From contig OY761159.2 of the NCBI GenBank assembly GCA_963664395.2, positions 2,688,001-2,752,000 of the forward strand: a stretch of DNA of 64,000 nucleotides, written 5' to 3'. This DNA is from Candidatus Binatia bacterium. Its GTDB lineage: Bacteria; Desulfobacterota; Binatia; Bin18. Shown one piece after another: positions 10,245 through 20,374 of this stretch (its first letter is position 1; every line of letters starts with the position of its first letter). The notes beneath the pieces were generated by a model, which was not told the DNA's origin, ran no database searches, and saw only the letters and a list, made by a program, of their open reading frames with translations. Made by a program: the position numbers and the translations under genes.

Positions 10245-10538
10245 TTACATCGCAAGATAGGTATTGATCGCCTTCCTGCCATCCACGACGAGGGCAATCT
10301 CAACGCTCTCGATTGCGGGCTGTGTCGTCAGCTCTAAAGTCGTCCGAATATCATTAACGGCATGCTCGGTGACATCCGCGATGACGTACAGTTTTCGCTT
10401 ACCGAGATCGGCCACTGTGTTGACGATGGTCACACCGGGAAAGGGATTCATGAGCCGTTCCTGGACGACCTGGGCCGCAGCTCTATTCTCAGCCTGGCTC
10501 GCTCCCGCGCGCCAGATGACGGTAATTAATACATCCAT
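10245..10538 (-). CDS. Small hypothetical protein (possible dimeric alpha/beta barrel, DUF3303/GYD-like)
   Basis: GGGAGG RBS, 97 aa with an alternating beta/alpha pattern; family call is tentative. Confidence 0.55.
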   Translation of the reverse strand: MDVLITVIWRAGASQAENRAAAQVVQERLMNPFPGVTIVNTVADLGKRKLYVIADVTEHAVNDIRTTLELTTQPAIESVEIALVVDGRKAINTYLAM

Positions 10539-10674
10539 ATACGCCTCCCGTGTGAAAGAGTGCTCTCTTTTGGCCTGCTTGTTGTACTGCTTTTTGATGA
10601 GGCTGCAAACCTTATATTAAGAAGACATGACTCAATGTGGGCCGCATTGAGCAGCTTCCACAGGTTTTTTTGAC

Positions 10675-10706
10675 TTGACGAAAAAACTATAACATGTTTT
10701 AAGTTT
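10675..10706 (+). promoter_or_regulatory. Putative sigma70 promoter overlapping an imperfect palindrome (candidate TetR operator)
   Basis: TTGACG at 10675, followed by AAACTATAACATGTTTTAAGTTT centred on AACATGTT, just upstream of tetR. Confidence 0.4.
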
Positions 10707-10716
10707 GTACTTCACC

Positions 10717-11412
10717 ATGTTACGCGAGATACACAAGACCGAGCGGAAACAGCGGATTCTGAGTGCGGCCCGGCGTTTGATCCGCCAAGAAGGCTATCCG
10801 CGTATGTCTATGCGGGAATTAGCGCGGGAAGCGCAGGTCAGCCTGGTTACGCCCTACAACCTGTTCGGTTCTAAGGCCAGTGTTCTCTATGCCCTGCTCG
10901 AATCTTTTTTTGATACACTCGATACTGCTCTTGACGAGCTTGTCCCCCAAGACCCGATTGACGCCATGTACGACCTCACCCAGTTCTCGGTTAAAGAGTA
11001 CGCACGCGACCCGGTCTTTTATCGCAGCTTGCTGTCTTCGATGATGACAACAGGTGAACTCTTGCCGGTTCCCCGTATTGTTCAGCGTTGTACAACCTTG
11101 TGGCAGCGCGGGCTTGATGCCGGCATTGCCCAGGGATTGTTTCAGGCCCAGACTCGCTCCGACCTCGTTGCGCGGCAGGTTCAGATCAATTACCGGGGGG
11201 CGATGGAACTCTGGATTGAGGGCGGGGTAGATATCGAAGGCTTTGAAACGCAATTGCTGTACGGGTTGAGTTTATGCCTATTGGCAATAGCCACAGCCAC
11301 CGGGCGCGCGCGTTTGCTGGGTCGTTTGCAGAGGCTTGAGGAGCAATTGGACGCTCGAACACAAAATTGGACCACGGAATACGAAGAACAACACAGGGAG
11401 GAAGCGCAATGA
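10717..11412 (+). CDS. TetR/AcrR family transcriptional regulator
   Basis: RILSAARRLI...MSMRELAREAQVSLVTPYNLFGSK helix-turn-helix; ATGA overlap with the next gene. Confidence 0.9.
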   Translation: MLREIHKTERKQRILSAARRLIRQEGYPRMSMRELAREAQVSLVTPYNLFGSKASVLYALLESFFDTLDTALDELVPQDPIDAMYDLTQFSVKEYARDPVFYRSLLSSMMTTGELLPVPRIVQRCTTLWQRGLDAGIAQGLFQAQTRSDLVARQVQINYRGAMELWIEGGVDIEGFETQLLYGLSLCLLAIATATGRARLLGRLQRLEEQLDARTQNWTTEYEEQHREEAQ

Positions 11413-12716
11413 GTACGACAACAAACGGAACTATGGTAAACGGGAACGGTTCGGCAAACGGGAACGGTTTGGCCGGCGGCTATAAGTGGCACAATAAATA
11501 TCCCCACCTCGGGACCGGCCCGATTCCTGCGGATGTGTTCATCTCGCAAGAGCAGTTTGAACTGGAACGTGAGCGCATTTTCAAGAAAGTCTGGTTGAAC
11601 GTCGGGCGGGTGGAACGAATTCCGAACGCCGGAGACTATTTTGTCCAAGACCTGGCCGTGTGTAACACCTCGGTCATTGTCGTCCGCGGCAAAGACGGGG
11701 CGGTGCGTGCCTTTCATAATATGTGCTCGCACCGGGGGAATAAAATCGCGTGGGATCAGGGCGGGACGTGCCAGAATTTTACCTGCAAGTTTCACGGCTG
11801 GAGTTACGGCGTGGATGGGAAGTTGAAGTTCGTCCCGGATGAAGAGAGATTTTTTGATCTGAAGAAAGAGACCTTGGGACTCACACGGGTGGCGGTGGAC
11901 GTGTGGGAAGGCTTTATCTTCATCAATGTCGATCCCCAGCCGACCGAGACCTTGCAGGACTACCTGGGCGACGTGGCGACCGGGCTGAAGGGCTATCCGT
12001 TTGCCGCCTTGTCAACCACCAGTACCTCGTGGACCTCAGAGGTCAAGGCCAACTGGAAGGTCATCAAGGATGCCTTTCAGGAAGTGTATCATGTCGCCTT
12101 TTTGCACAAACGATCCATTCCGGACTCTTTTACCAGCAAAGACAATCCGTACGCCCACTCCCTGGATGTCAGGCTGTATCCACGCCATGGCAGTATGTCG
12201 CTGTTTGGGAGTGCAGAGTACAAGCCGAGTCCGGTTGCAAAACTGGCGGCTCAGAATGGTGAGATTATCATTCGGAGCGACTTCTCGATGGACAGTCTGC
12301 CGACAGGGGTGAATCCGCTGCGGAGTGAAGCCTGGTCGCTGGACCTGAACGTGATCTTCCCGGCTTTCTTTGTCGATGTGTCTCAGGGGTCGTATTTTAC
12401 CCATCAGTTCATTCCCGTTGGCGTGGATAAGACCTTGTGGACATCCACGCAGTACTACACCAAGGCGACCACGCCGGGTCAGCGTTTCAGCCAGGAATAT
12501 GGCAACGTGATCTTTCGCGATATTATTCTGGAGGACGGCCGGACATTTGAAGAAATCCAATCCATGCTCTCGTCCGGCGCGAAAAAAGAATTTTACCTGC
12601 ACGACGAAGAGATTCTTGTCCGACACAGCCATGATGCCATTGACAAGATGCTCACGGGTCAACCCGTTGATAGCGCGTTTGCTCCGAATGGAAAGGCGGC
12701 GGCTGCCCATGCCTGA
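11409..12716 (+). CDS. Rieske non-heme iron oxygenase alpha subunit
   Basis: HNMCSHRG...FTCKFHGWSY; NWKVIKDAFQEVYHVAFLH; ED near the C-terminus. Confidence 0.9.
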   Translation: MSTTTNGTMVNGNGSANGNGLAGGYKWHNKYPHLGTGPIPADVFISQEQFELERERIFKKVWLNVGRVERIPNAGDYFVQDLAVCNTSVIVVRGKDGAVRAFHNMCSHRGNKIAWDQGGTCQNFTCKFHGWSYGVDGKLKFVPDEERFFDLKKETLGLTRVAVDVWEGFIFINVDPQPTETLQDYLGDVATGLKGYPFAALSTTSTSWTSEVKANWKVIKDAFQEVYHVAFLHKRSIPDSFTSKDNPYAHSLDVRLYPRHGSMSLFGSAEYKPSPVAKLAAQNGEIIIRSDFSMDSLPTGVNPLRSEAWSLDLNVIFPAFFVDVSQGSYFTHQFIPVGVDKTLWTSTQYYTKATTPGQRFSQEYGNVIFRDIILEDGRTFEEIQSMLSSGAKKEFYLHDEEILVRHSHDAIDKMLTGQPVDSAFAPNGKAAAAHA

Positions 12717-13035
12717 GGCACGTTTACCCGAACAGTTCCAAGACTTGGAAAAATGGCTCGCCTGGTCGTTGGAAACCGAAGGCGAGCGGAGCGACCAACG
12801 CCAAGCCAGCACCATGGAAGACATCACCGCTTTCTATGGGGCCATGCTGGCGCGCATGGAAGAGGTGCTGCCCTACCTGGAGCGGTTCAGCCTGGAGGAA
12901 CTCCCGGACGATGCCAAGCGGCTCTTTTATCTGACCCTGTCCTTGGCGGAAGTTGCGCCCGCAGTTGAGCAGTTCGGCCAACCCAGTGTGGTGGACGGCT
13001 ACGACATCAAACGCTTTGTCGCCACCCACAGATAA
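12709..13035 (+). CDS. Small alpha-helical hypothetical protein overlapping the Rieske gene
   Basis: ATG at 12709 overlaps the Rieske stop; MPEARLPEQFQDLEKWLAWSLETE...LSLAEVAPAVE. Confidence 0.7.
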   Translation: MPEARLPEQFQDLEKWLAWSLETEGERSDQRQASTMEDITAFYGAMLARMEEVLPYLERFSLEELPDDAKRLFYLTLSLAEVAPAVEQFGQPSVVDGYDIKRFVATHR

Positions 13036-13123
13036 GGCAGAACGGTCAGTCTCACCTTGGTTCGAAGAGGGGCAACTCATGCCCCTCTTTTGTTATGACG
13101 AGGAGATATGGGAGGAATGGTAG

Positions 13124-13678
13124 ATGTGTGACCGCATGGAGCACTATCGGATCATCTGGGAGCGTATCAGAGAAACGTACTACACCGGATATATGAGAGT
13201 AGAGCATGGACTGCAGGCAGCCTTGTATGCGGAATTGATAACCTTGCCGGGCGTCAATGTTGTTGTCGAACCGGGATGGCGTGTGGGTAGACCGCTCCAG
13301 CATCCTGACCTGGTCATAGTGGAAGGAGGGACAATCACCGATATTTTTGAGCTGAAATTCCTGCCCTGGAGGTACCCTCAATTTCAGAAAGATATCAATA
13401 AATTACTGGGATACCTGGCCCATCAGGAGTATCCGGTACGCCTGTCCGCGTACGAGGACCCAGACACGTACCAGGAGCGGAATTTGCCGTTACATCAAGA
13501 CGTTTGTCTGCATTTTGTCGCGGTGGGGCAGCACGACGCTATTGCCGTGCTGCCCCACCGCCTCGTGGAAGAAATGCCGGTACTGCAAAATAATCCGGGA
13601 AGACTGAATCACTGGTTTGGACGGGTCGGAGGTGACACCGACGAGAAGAGAGAATGGTCTATCGCGTTTGGTATCTAA
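13124..13678 (+). CDS. Hypothetical protein, putative PD-(D/E)xK nuclease fold
   Basis: EHGLQAALY...VE...HPDLVI...IFELK fits the E-PD-ExK pattern; GGAGG RBS. Confidence 0.55.
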   Translation: MCDRMEHYRIIWERIRETYYTGYMRVEHGLQAALYAELITLPGVNVVVEPGWRVGRPLQHPDLVIVEGGTITDIFELKFLPWRYPQFQKDINKLLGYLAHQEYPVRLSAYEDPDTYQERNLPLHQDVCLHFVAVGQHDAIAVLPHRLVEEMPVLQNNPGRLNHWFGRVGGDTDEKREWSIAFGI

Positions 13679-13783
13679 ATACCGACAGAGGACAGACTGC
13701 ATCATCTCTGGATACCAGCCGCGAGAAGATGATACGTTTGATCCGTTTCGCTTTGTTCCACACCATACACAAAGGAGGTTGGT

Positions 13784-14278
13784 ATGATTCGCCCCGAACG
13801 GATGGCCCACGTTGTGATTACGGTCCGCGACGTTGAACGCTCAAAGAAGTTTTATACCGAAGTGCTGGGGATGCAGGTCATGAAAGACGTGCCTGAAATT
13901 GGTGCAGTCTTTTTGGCCAATCATACCCGCGACCACCACGAGATCGCGCTGTTTCAGATCGGCCCCGACGCCGAATCGCCTAAGTCTGGCCAAATCGGAC
14001 TCGCCCACATTGCCTTTCGTCTGCGGAGCGAAGAGGAACTCAAGGTGGCGTATGAAGAACTCAAGGCGAAAGAGGTGCCGGTGAGCTTCACCGTGAACCA
14101 CGGCGTGACCAAAAGCGTCTATTTTCGTGACCCGGACGGTCACGAGCTCGAAGTCTACTGCGACAACCCCATAGAAGAATATGCCGGGATGCCCAACGCC
14201 TATCTGGGTATGGATAAGCTGGAATTCGCGCCGGACGAGCGGGGCCTGGCGGATGTGATTGCTTCGCTGAGACAGTAA
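13784..14278 (+). CDS. VOC (glyoxalase/extradiol dioxygenase) family protein
   Basis: HVVITVRDVERSKKFY, HHEIAL, LAHIAF, SVYFRDPDGHELE. Confidence 0.9.
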   Translation: MIRPERMAHVVITVRDVERSKKFYTEVLGMQVMKDVPEIGAVFLANHTRDHHEIALFQIGPDAESPKSGQIGLAHIAFRLRSEEELKVAYEELKAKEVPVSFTVNHGVTKSVYFRDPDGHELEVYCDNPIEEYAGMPNAYLGMDKLEFAPDERGLADVIASLRQ

Positions 14279-14291
14279 TTTTGGAGCACGC

Positions 14292-15734
14292 ATGGGCATT
14301 CGGACCGGCGCACAATACCGAGAGAGTTTGCGAGACGGGCGGAGCATTTATGTGAATGGCGAACGGGTCAAAGATGTTACGACCTATCCGCCGTTCCAGG
14401 GTGTGGTGGAGACCCTTGCCTCTCTGTACGACCTCCAACACGAGTCTGCGCATCAGCCCCCGCTGACCTACCCGTCTCCCAAGGACGGCCAACCGGTCGG
14501 GCTCTCTTTTTTGATGGCGGACAGTATCGAAGATGTCGAGCGTCGCGTCCGGGCCGAGGAATTTCGGGCGGAGCTAACCTGTGGCTTGATGGGCCGTATG
14601 CCAGACTTCATGAACGCCTTGGTGACGGACGCCGCGATTGCGGCACCGTTTATTGGTCAACGTGAGCCGCGTTTTGGTGAGAATGCGCTCCACTATTACG
14701 AAGAATGTCGGGATGAGGATTGGTGCCTGACCCATACCTTGGTTGATCCCCAGATCGACCGCTCAAAAGGGCCGGCGGAACAGCACGACCCTGATGCGGC
14801 TTTGCACCTGGTACGCGAGACAGACAACGGCATTGTGGTCAGTGGCGCCCGGATGCTTTCCACGCTCGCGCCCTTTTCCAACGAGTTATGGGTAGGACCG
14901 TTCTATCCGCGCAAACCGGGAGAAGAAGCCTATACCTTATGCTTCGCTGTCCCCATGGATACCCCGGGCCTGAAGTTTATCTGCCGCGAGGCGTACAACA
15001 CAGGCAGGAGTCGGTTTGATCGCCCGTTGTCGTATCGGTTTGATGAAGAAGATGCCTTGGCAATTTTTGATACGGTCGAGGTGCCCTGGGAGCGTGTTTT
15101 CATTAACGGCGATATTGAGGCATCCAACTACATTCTTGGACAGGCGCCCGGCTATGCGCTGCTCCAGGCGGTCATTCGCGGAACCGTCAAGCTGCGTTTC
15201 ATGGCCGGGCTGGCCTGTTCCGTAGCAGAGGCAATCGGCCGGACCAAGGCCCAGCATGTACAGGCCCAGCTTGGTGAGTTGGTTGCCAATGTTGAAATTG
15301 CCAATGGCCTGCTCCAGGCGTCTGCGCACAATGTTGTCACAAACCATAAAGAAGGTGGCTCGCTGCGTTCGCTCGCAGCCTCGTTGTGGGTGTTTATTCC
15401 TCAGGCCCAGATGCGGGCGGCTGAAGTGATCCGCCAGGTCAGTGGCAGCGGCCTGATCATGACTCCCACGGAAGGGGATTTGCAAAACCCGGAGATCGCG
15501 CCCTATCTCGAACGCTATCTCCAGGGTAAAAACCTGTCGGCGCGCAATCGGGTGCAGCTCTTTAAGCTGGCCTGGGACATGTTGGGTGAGCAATTCGGCA
15601 GCCGTCAGTTGCAGTACGAATGGTTCTACGCCGGTGATCCCACGTTTACCCGGTCACGTTTTTATCACTCACCAGCGGTGAAAGAGTATAAGGCCATGGT
15701 GGAGCGGATGTTGGACGAGGGGAAGAACGCCTAG
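14292..15734 (+). CDS. 4-hydroxyphenylacetate 3-hydroxylase (HpaB-like) flavin monooxygenase, oxygenase component
   Basis: RTGAQYRESLRDGR, MGRMPDFMN, PQIDRS, RFDEEDA, KLAWD...FGSRQLQYEWFYAG. Confidence 0.88.
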   Translation: MGIRTGAQYRESLRDGRSIYVNGERVKDVTTYPPFQGVVETLASLYDLQHESAHQPPLTYPSPKDGQPVGLSFLMADSIEDVERRVRAEEFRAELTCGLMGRMPDFMNALVTDAAIAAPFIGQREPRFGENALHYYEECRDEDWCLTHTLVDPQIDRSKGPAEQHDPDAALHLVRETDNGIVVSGARMLSTLAPFSNELWVGPFYPRKPGEEAYTLCFAVPMDTPGLKFICREAYNTGRSRFDRPLSYRFDEEDALAIFDTVEVPWERVFINGDIEASNYILGQAPGYALLQAVIRGTVKLRFMAGLACSVAEAIGRTKAQHVQAQLGELVANVEIANGLLQASAHNVVTNHKEGGSLRSLAASLWVFIPQAQMRAAEVIRQVSGSGLIMTPTEGDLQNPEIAPYLERYLQGKNLSARNRVQLFKLAWDMLGEQFGSRQLQYEWFYAGDPTFTRSRFYHSPAVKEYKAMVERMLDEGKNA

Positions 15735-15778
15735 ACGGTCGGGGCAACACCGTGGTTACCCCGACGCAATGCGGGAGA

Positions 15779-16315
15779 TTAGCTCGGAGGATTGGTTGAA
15801 ACGATATCCGGCGTCTCTTCCAAACCAAGCGCGGCAAGGGGCGCTTCAAAACGCTCAGTCATCACACCATCCTCAGCGTTAAAATCCCGAGTGAAGCAGC
15901 AGTATTCCATCTGCATGCCGTTGGGGTCCTTAAAGTAAATCGACTTGGCCCAGTCGTGGTCCACGACGGCTGAGACCTCAACCCCTTTGTCCCGCAGCTC
16001 TTGTCGCTTTTCTTCGAGCGCGGCTTCCGTGCCGGCCTCAAAAGCGAAGTGATAGAACGCACTCGGCACGCCCAGTCCCCGGTTGATGCCGGCGTCGTAC
16101 TCGACCGGAACACCAGGAATACTCTTGGCTTCCATAAAAGCGAGCAACTGGTCACGGCCGGTGTCAAAAAAGATATGCCGAATGTGGCCGCCTTCTTTGA
16201 TCTTGATGGTGTCGCAGCGAACCGGCTTGAAGCCCAGGATGTCTTCGTAAAACTCGCGCGTCTTATCCAAGTCGAGCGTTGATAGTCCAATATGAGAAAA
16301 GCCTTTCTGTGTCAT
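15779..16315 (-). CDS. VOC family protein
   Basis: FSHIGLSTLDLDKTREFY, YHFAF, SIYFKDPNGMQME; GGAGG RBS before MTQKG. Confidence 0.88.
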   Translation of the reverse strand: MTQKGFSHIGLSTLDLDKTREFYEDILGFKPVRCDTIKIKEGGHIRHIFFDTGRDQLLAFMEAKSIPGVPVEYDAGINRGLGVPSAFYHFAFEAGTEAALEEKRQELRDKGVEVSAVVDHDWAKSIYFKDPNGMQMEYCCFTRDFNAEDGVMTERFEAPLAALGLEETPDIVSTNPPS

Positions 16316-16479
16316 GACCGAACCCTCCTTTTTCGCGTCTGTGGTTCCGCTGCCTTTTTTTGGGTCTACCACAGCTTCCGAAGGAAAGAAACCGAGAAAA
16401 CCGCCCGCTGCGCGCTTCTCATTGACACACTGCGAGCAGGCCGAGTAGGTTCTCCTGGCCGGACAATGAGGAGGCAGGT

Positions 16480-17550
16480 ATGGATTTCGGCGTACTCGTA
16501 TTTCCCAAACCGGACCGCTGCGTAGACCACGCCAGGCTGGCTGAGGCGCAGGGCTTCAGCCATGTGTGGGTTGAAGACTCGCCCATGATGGCCGGGGATG
16601 TGTACCTGTGTCTGGGTTTGATGGCGCAGCACACCACCCGAGTTACCCTCGGAACCGGCGTGGCGGTGGTCGGAACGCGCAGCGCGCCCGTGGCTGCCCA
16701 TGCCATTGCTACGGTCAATCAGCTTGCCCCCGGACGCGTCGTCTTTGGGCTGGGGACCGGCAATAGCGCGCGGCGAGCGATGGGGCTACCGCCCTGTTCT
16801 CTACGTGAGCTGCGCGAGTACATCGCGATTCTGCGTGGCCTGCTGAGCAACCGGGAGGTGACCTACCAGGAGGGAGCGGAGACGCGTCGGATCAAATTTT
16901 TTCATAAAGACTACGAGTTTATTAACACGCGCGAGCCAATTCCCATTTATGTGGCAGCCAATGCGCCCCGGGCCATGCGGCTGGCCGGCGAGTTGGGCGA
17001 CGGCTGGCTGACCTCACGGACCAATACGGTCGAAGGCTTTCAGGATGCCTGGCGCCAGGTCACCTCCGGTATTGAGCACGCTGGAAAAAATTCGGACCGT
17101 GTAGACCGTGTGCTCTTTACCACGGCGTGTCTGCTGCGGCCGAACGAAGGACTGGATTCTGAACGAGTCAAAGCGCAGGCCGGCCCGTGGGTAACCGTCG
17201 CCTTGCACTCACTCTATGAAACGCTCACAGATCCCGACGCCGCTCCAGCGCCCCTCCGCTCCACCTTTGCTCACTACAAAGCCTTCATGGAGCAACGCCT
17301 CCAAGCCAAAGATGATTACTATTTTGACTTGCACGCCGGCCACTGTTTATACGTCCGTGAGGAAGAAGCACAGTTTGTGACACCGGAAGCCATTCAGGCG
17401 ACCACGCTGACGGCCCGGCCCGACGCCTTGTTGGAACGGCTCCGCAGTCTGGAGCAGGCCGGCGTCCGCCAGGTTACTTTTATTCCGACCTTTGACGCCT
17501 TTGAAGAATTTGTGACAGCATTCGGAGAAAAGGTGATTGCCCGTTGGTAG
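16480..17550 (+). CDS. LLM class flavin-dependent oxidoreductase (Mer-like)
   Basis: AEAQGFSHVWVEDS, LGTGV, PGRVVFGLGTG, PIPIYVAA...LAGELGDG. Confidence 0.88.
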   Translation: MDFGVLVFPKPDRCVDHARLAEAQGFSHVWVEDSPMMAGDVYLCLGLMAQHTTRVTLGTGVAVVGTRSAPVAAHAIATVNQLAPGRVVFGLGTGNSARRAMGLPPCSLRELREYIAILRGLLSNREVTYQEGAETRRIKFFHKDYEFINTREPIPIYVAANAPRAMRLAGELGDGWLTSRTNTVEGFQDAWRQVTSGIEHAGKNSDRVDRVLFTTACLLRPNEGLDSERVKAQAGPWVTVALHSLYETLTDPDAAPAPLRSTFAHYKAFMEQRLQAKDDYYFDLHAGHCLYVREEEAQFVTPEAIQATTLTARPDALLERLRSLEQAGVRQVTFIPTFDAFEEFVTAFGEKVIARW

Positions 17551-17695
17551 GATATCGGTCGGATAGTATGGACTGACTCCTTGCCCATGTTTCTCGCTTG
17601 ATCTCTCAGGCGCGCTCCGATACAGCGGAGGAACGTTTGACCCGCATCCCGTACCTCCCGTACTGCCCGCACATTTTGGGAGTGATAGGACAGGC

Positions 17696-20374
17696 ATGAC
17701 TATGGCCCATTTCGACCCCAACGCCCTTGAAGAAAAAGGCCAACGGCAGTTTCAGGCCGCGCTGGAGGGACTCCCCCCGCCGCAGTACGCAATTCTACTC
17801 AATGCGCTGACGCACATAGAACAGCCCGTTGTCCAGGTATGGTTGCAGGAAGAACTCCTCCAGGAATGGGTCCAGCAGGGCCGGCACGTGAGTGAAACGC
17901 TGGGCGCGCGTGGGGAAACGCTCGCCTCGGCCATGTTTGCGGCAACTCCTGAACTTTTGCCTGTATTCTCCCGGCTGGAGATGATCGAATGGGTCCGTTT
18001 TCTGCTGGATATTGAATCGGTCAACGGAGAAACCGATTTTGCGCGTTTCCCGGATGGCCTGACTGCCCTGGACCGCTCGGAACGGATCAGCGTCTATCGT
18101 CTGGGCCGGTCAGCCGTGTATCACTCGCGTGCTGCTGCCGCAGGCATTTACCACGCCTTACCCCACACACTGGTCAAGATAGCAGAGCCGCTGCGGAACG
18201 TGTTGCTGCGTTGCCTCCAACCGGTGGCTGCCTTTGATCCGGAACCGCTGCCGTCCGTGATTCCGTTTCTTGAGCCCACGCTGAATAATTTAGCGCCAGA
18301 CCGGCAGCTTTCCTTATTGGAGCGGATTGCCGAGCTCGCCCGTATCTTTCCTGCCGGGATTGCTCGCCTCTTTCGGACGCTGTCCCGCGCGTATGAAGAA
18401 GTTGGCGCCGAGGGGGTGTTGACCTGGATTCAAACTGGCGAAGAGATCGCGCAGCGCAATCCGCACGCTGCGGAAGCGTTTTTCACCTTGGAGTCCCGCA
18501 CCAGTTTCCAGGTCTTACGGTATGAGTCGCCGGCCGTGCTGCTCTCCGAAGTGCATAGTGCGTTGGTGAAGTTTATGCACATGCTGTGTGGGGAAGCGGT
18601 CAGTATCCAAGAAATCGGGGAGGTGTCCTTCCCACCCCCGTTGGCGATTGTTACAGAGGAAGATGAGTTCCTTCCGCTGCCGGCCAGCGTTGATTTGTTT
18701 CCGACTTTTGAGGAAAACTTTCGGCTGTATTGCATGTTCGCGGCCCACCAGGCGGGTCGGGTCGAATTTGGCACATATGATCTCTCTCTTCCCGCCATCT
18801 GGTCGCAGGTGCCGTCATTTGTGCAGGAACGGGCCAAGGCGAATGCTCACCCGCCTCAGGATCTGGCTTCGTATTGTAAGCTCTTTCCCAAGCCCGAACA
18901 GATTGAGGCCCTGTTTATGTTTGTCGAAGGCCAGCGGATTAGCGCCCGTCTGGCAGAGGCGTATCGTGGGCTGCAAAAAGATCTGGCCTGGGCGGCGTCG
19001 CACACCCGCATCCTTCCACCGCTTATTCAGGCGATCTTGCCGTACTTGAACGCAACGCTGAAACCCGGCTGGGAGCACGACGCGACTGTGGCCGGCTCCC
19101 TGCTCATGGCAACCGAGCTCTATGCTTCACTCCCCGAATACGCGGCGCAACTATCGAGGCAGCGAGCGGACGAAGACGCCATGGGCGGCACGCCGGACAA
19201 TATGATGAAAAAGGCGAGCGAGCCCGAGCTGTCCGAACGAGAGCAGGCCATCCTACAGCGGATTCTTTTGACTCTGCGCCAGCATCAAAAAAAGAAAAAG
19301 ATTCGCCAGACTCGGCCGACCTCAATCCACGGGATGCCACTGGATGCGCTGGACGCTGAGGACGACGAAGCCGAACAGGAAGCACACAAAAAGCAACAAC
19401 TGCGGCGGCGGCATTCTGTGGTGGGGGTGCGGTATGTATATGACGAGTGGGATTTTCTGATCGAGGATTACCGTGCCCGTTGGTGCGAACTCCACGAAGT
19501 CCCCTTAGTCGGCGATAAGGGCGGCTTCTTTGAGAGTACGCTCGCCCGCTACAGCGCGGTCATTCCAAACATCAAGCGTGAGTTCCAACAGTTGCGGCCC
19601 AAGATGTTCCGTTTGGTCAAGGGGCTGGAAGATGGAGAAGTGATAGACCTGGACGCGGCTGTTGCGGCTCGGGTCGATCTGCGCACCGGAGTTGCGCCGT
19701 CCACGCGACTGTACGCTGCCAGGCAGCCTCTGGAGCGCGATGTTGCCGCGCTCTTTCTCTTGGACCTGAGTGCTTCGACCGATGCCAGGATTCATAAGGA
19801 AACAGACAACGGACACAGCGAAACGGCTGGTTTGCGGGTGATTGACGTACTCAAAGAAGCGGTCGTCGTGCTGTCTGCCGCACTAGAGGAAATCGGCGAT
19901 GCGTACGCCGTCTACGGCTTTTCAAGCGCAGGCCGATATAACGTTGAGTTCTATCCGGTCAAAGCGTTTGGCGAAAAGCTGTCGGACGATGTCAAAGGGC
20001 GTATCAGCGGTTTGGAACCCAAGCGCAGTACGCGTATGGGAGCTGCCGTACGGCATGCGACCCGCAAATTCAAAGACGTTGCCAGCCGCGCCAAAATTCT
20101 CGTCCTCCTCAGCGATGGTTTCCCTGAAGACGCGGACTATGGCCGGGACGAAAATGCGCCGACGTATGGCCTGCGCGATACTATGATGGCCCTGCGCGAG
20201 GCCGAACGCGAGAACATTATGTCGTTCTGTCTGACGATTGATAAAGGCGGACATGATTATCTGCGTGAGATGTGTCCTCCGTCGCGGTACATGGTCCTGG
20301 AAGACATTCCGTCCCTGCCGTTAGAGCTGCCCAAGGTCTACCAACGCCATATTCGGATGCAATTGTCCGAGTAG
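17696..20374 (+). CDS. NorD/CbbO-type VWA-domain protein
   Basis: YDEWDF, EDGEVIDLDAAV, MIDAS LLDLSAS, TRMGAAVRHA, LSDGFPED. Confidence 0.85.
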   Translation: MTMAHFDPNALEEKGQRQFQAALEGLPPPQYAILLNALTHIEQPVVQVWLQEELLQEWVQQGRHVSETLGARGETLASAMFAATPELLPVFSRLEMIEWVRFLLDIESVNGETDFARFPDGLTALDRSERISVYRLGRSAVYHSRAAAAGIYHALPHTLVKIAEPLRNVLLRCLQPVAAFDPEPLPSVIPFLEPTLNNLAPDRQLSLLERIAELARIFPAGIARLFRTLSRAYEEVGAEGVLTWIQTGEEIAQRNPHAAEAFFTLESRTSFQVLRYESPAVLLSEVHSALVKFMHMLCGEAVSIQEIGEVSFPPPLAIVTEEDEFLPLPASVDLFPTFEENFRLYCMFAAHQAGRVEFGTYDLSLPAIWSQVPSFVQERAKANAHPPQDLASYCKLFPKPEQIEALFMFVEGQRISARLAEAYRGLQKDLAWAASHTRILPPLIQAILPYLNATLKPGWEHDATVAGSLLMATELYASLPEYAAQLSRQRADEDAMGGTPDNMMKKASEPELSEREQAILQRILLTLRQHQKKKKIRQTRPTSIHGMPLDALDAEDDEAEQEAHKKQQLRRRHSVVGVRYVYDEWDFLIEDYRARWCELHEVPLVGDKGGFFESTLARYSAVIPNIKREFQQLRPKMFRLVKGLEDGEVIDLDAAVAARVDLRTGVAPSTRLYAARQPLERDVAALFLLDLSASTDARIHKETDNGHSETAGLRVIDVLKEAVVVLSAALEEIGDAYAVYGFSSAGRYNVEFYPVKAFGEKLSDDVKGRISGLEPKRSTRMGAAVRHATRKFKDVASRAKILVLLSDGFPEDADYGRDENAPTYGLRDTMMALREAERENIMSFCLTIDKGGHDYLREMCPPSRYMVLEDIPSLPLELPKVYQRHIRMQLSE

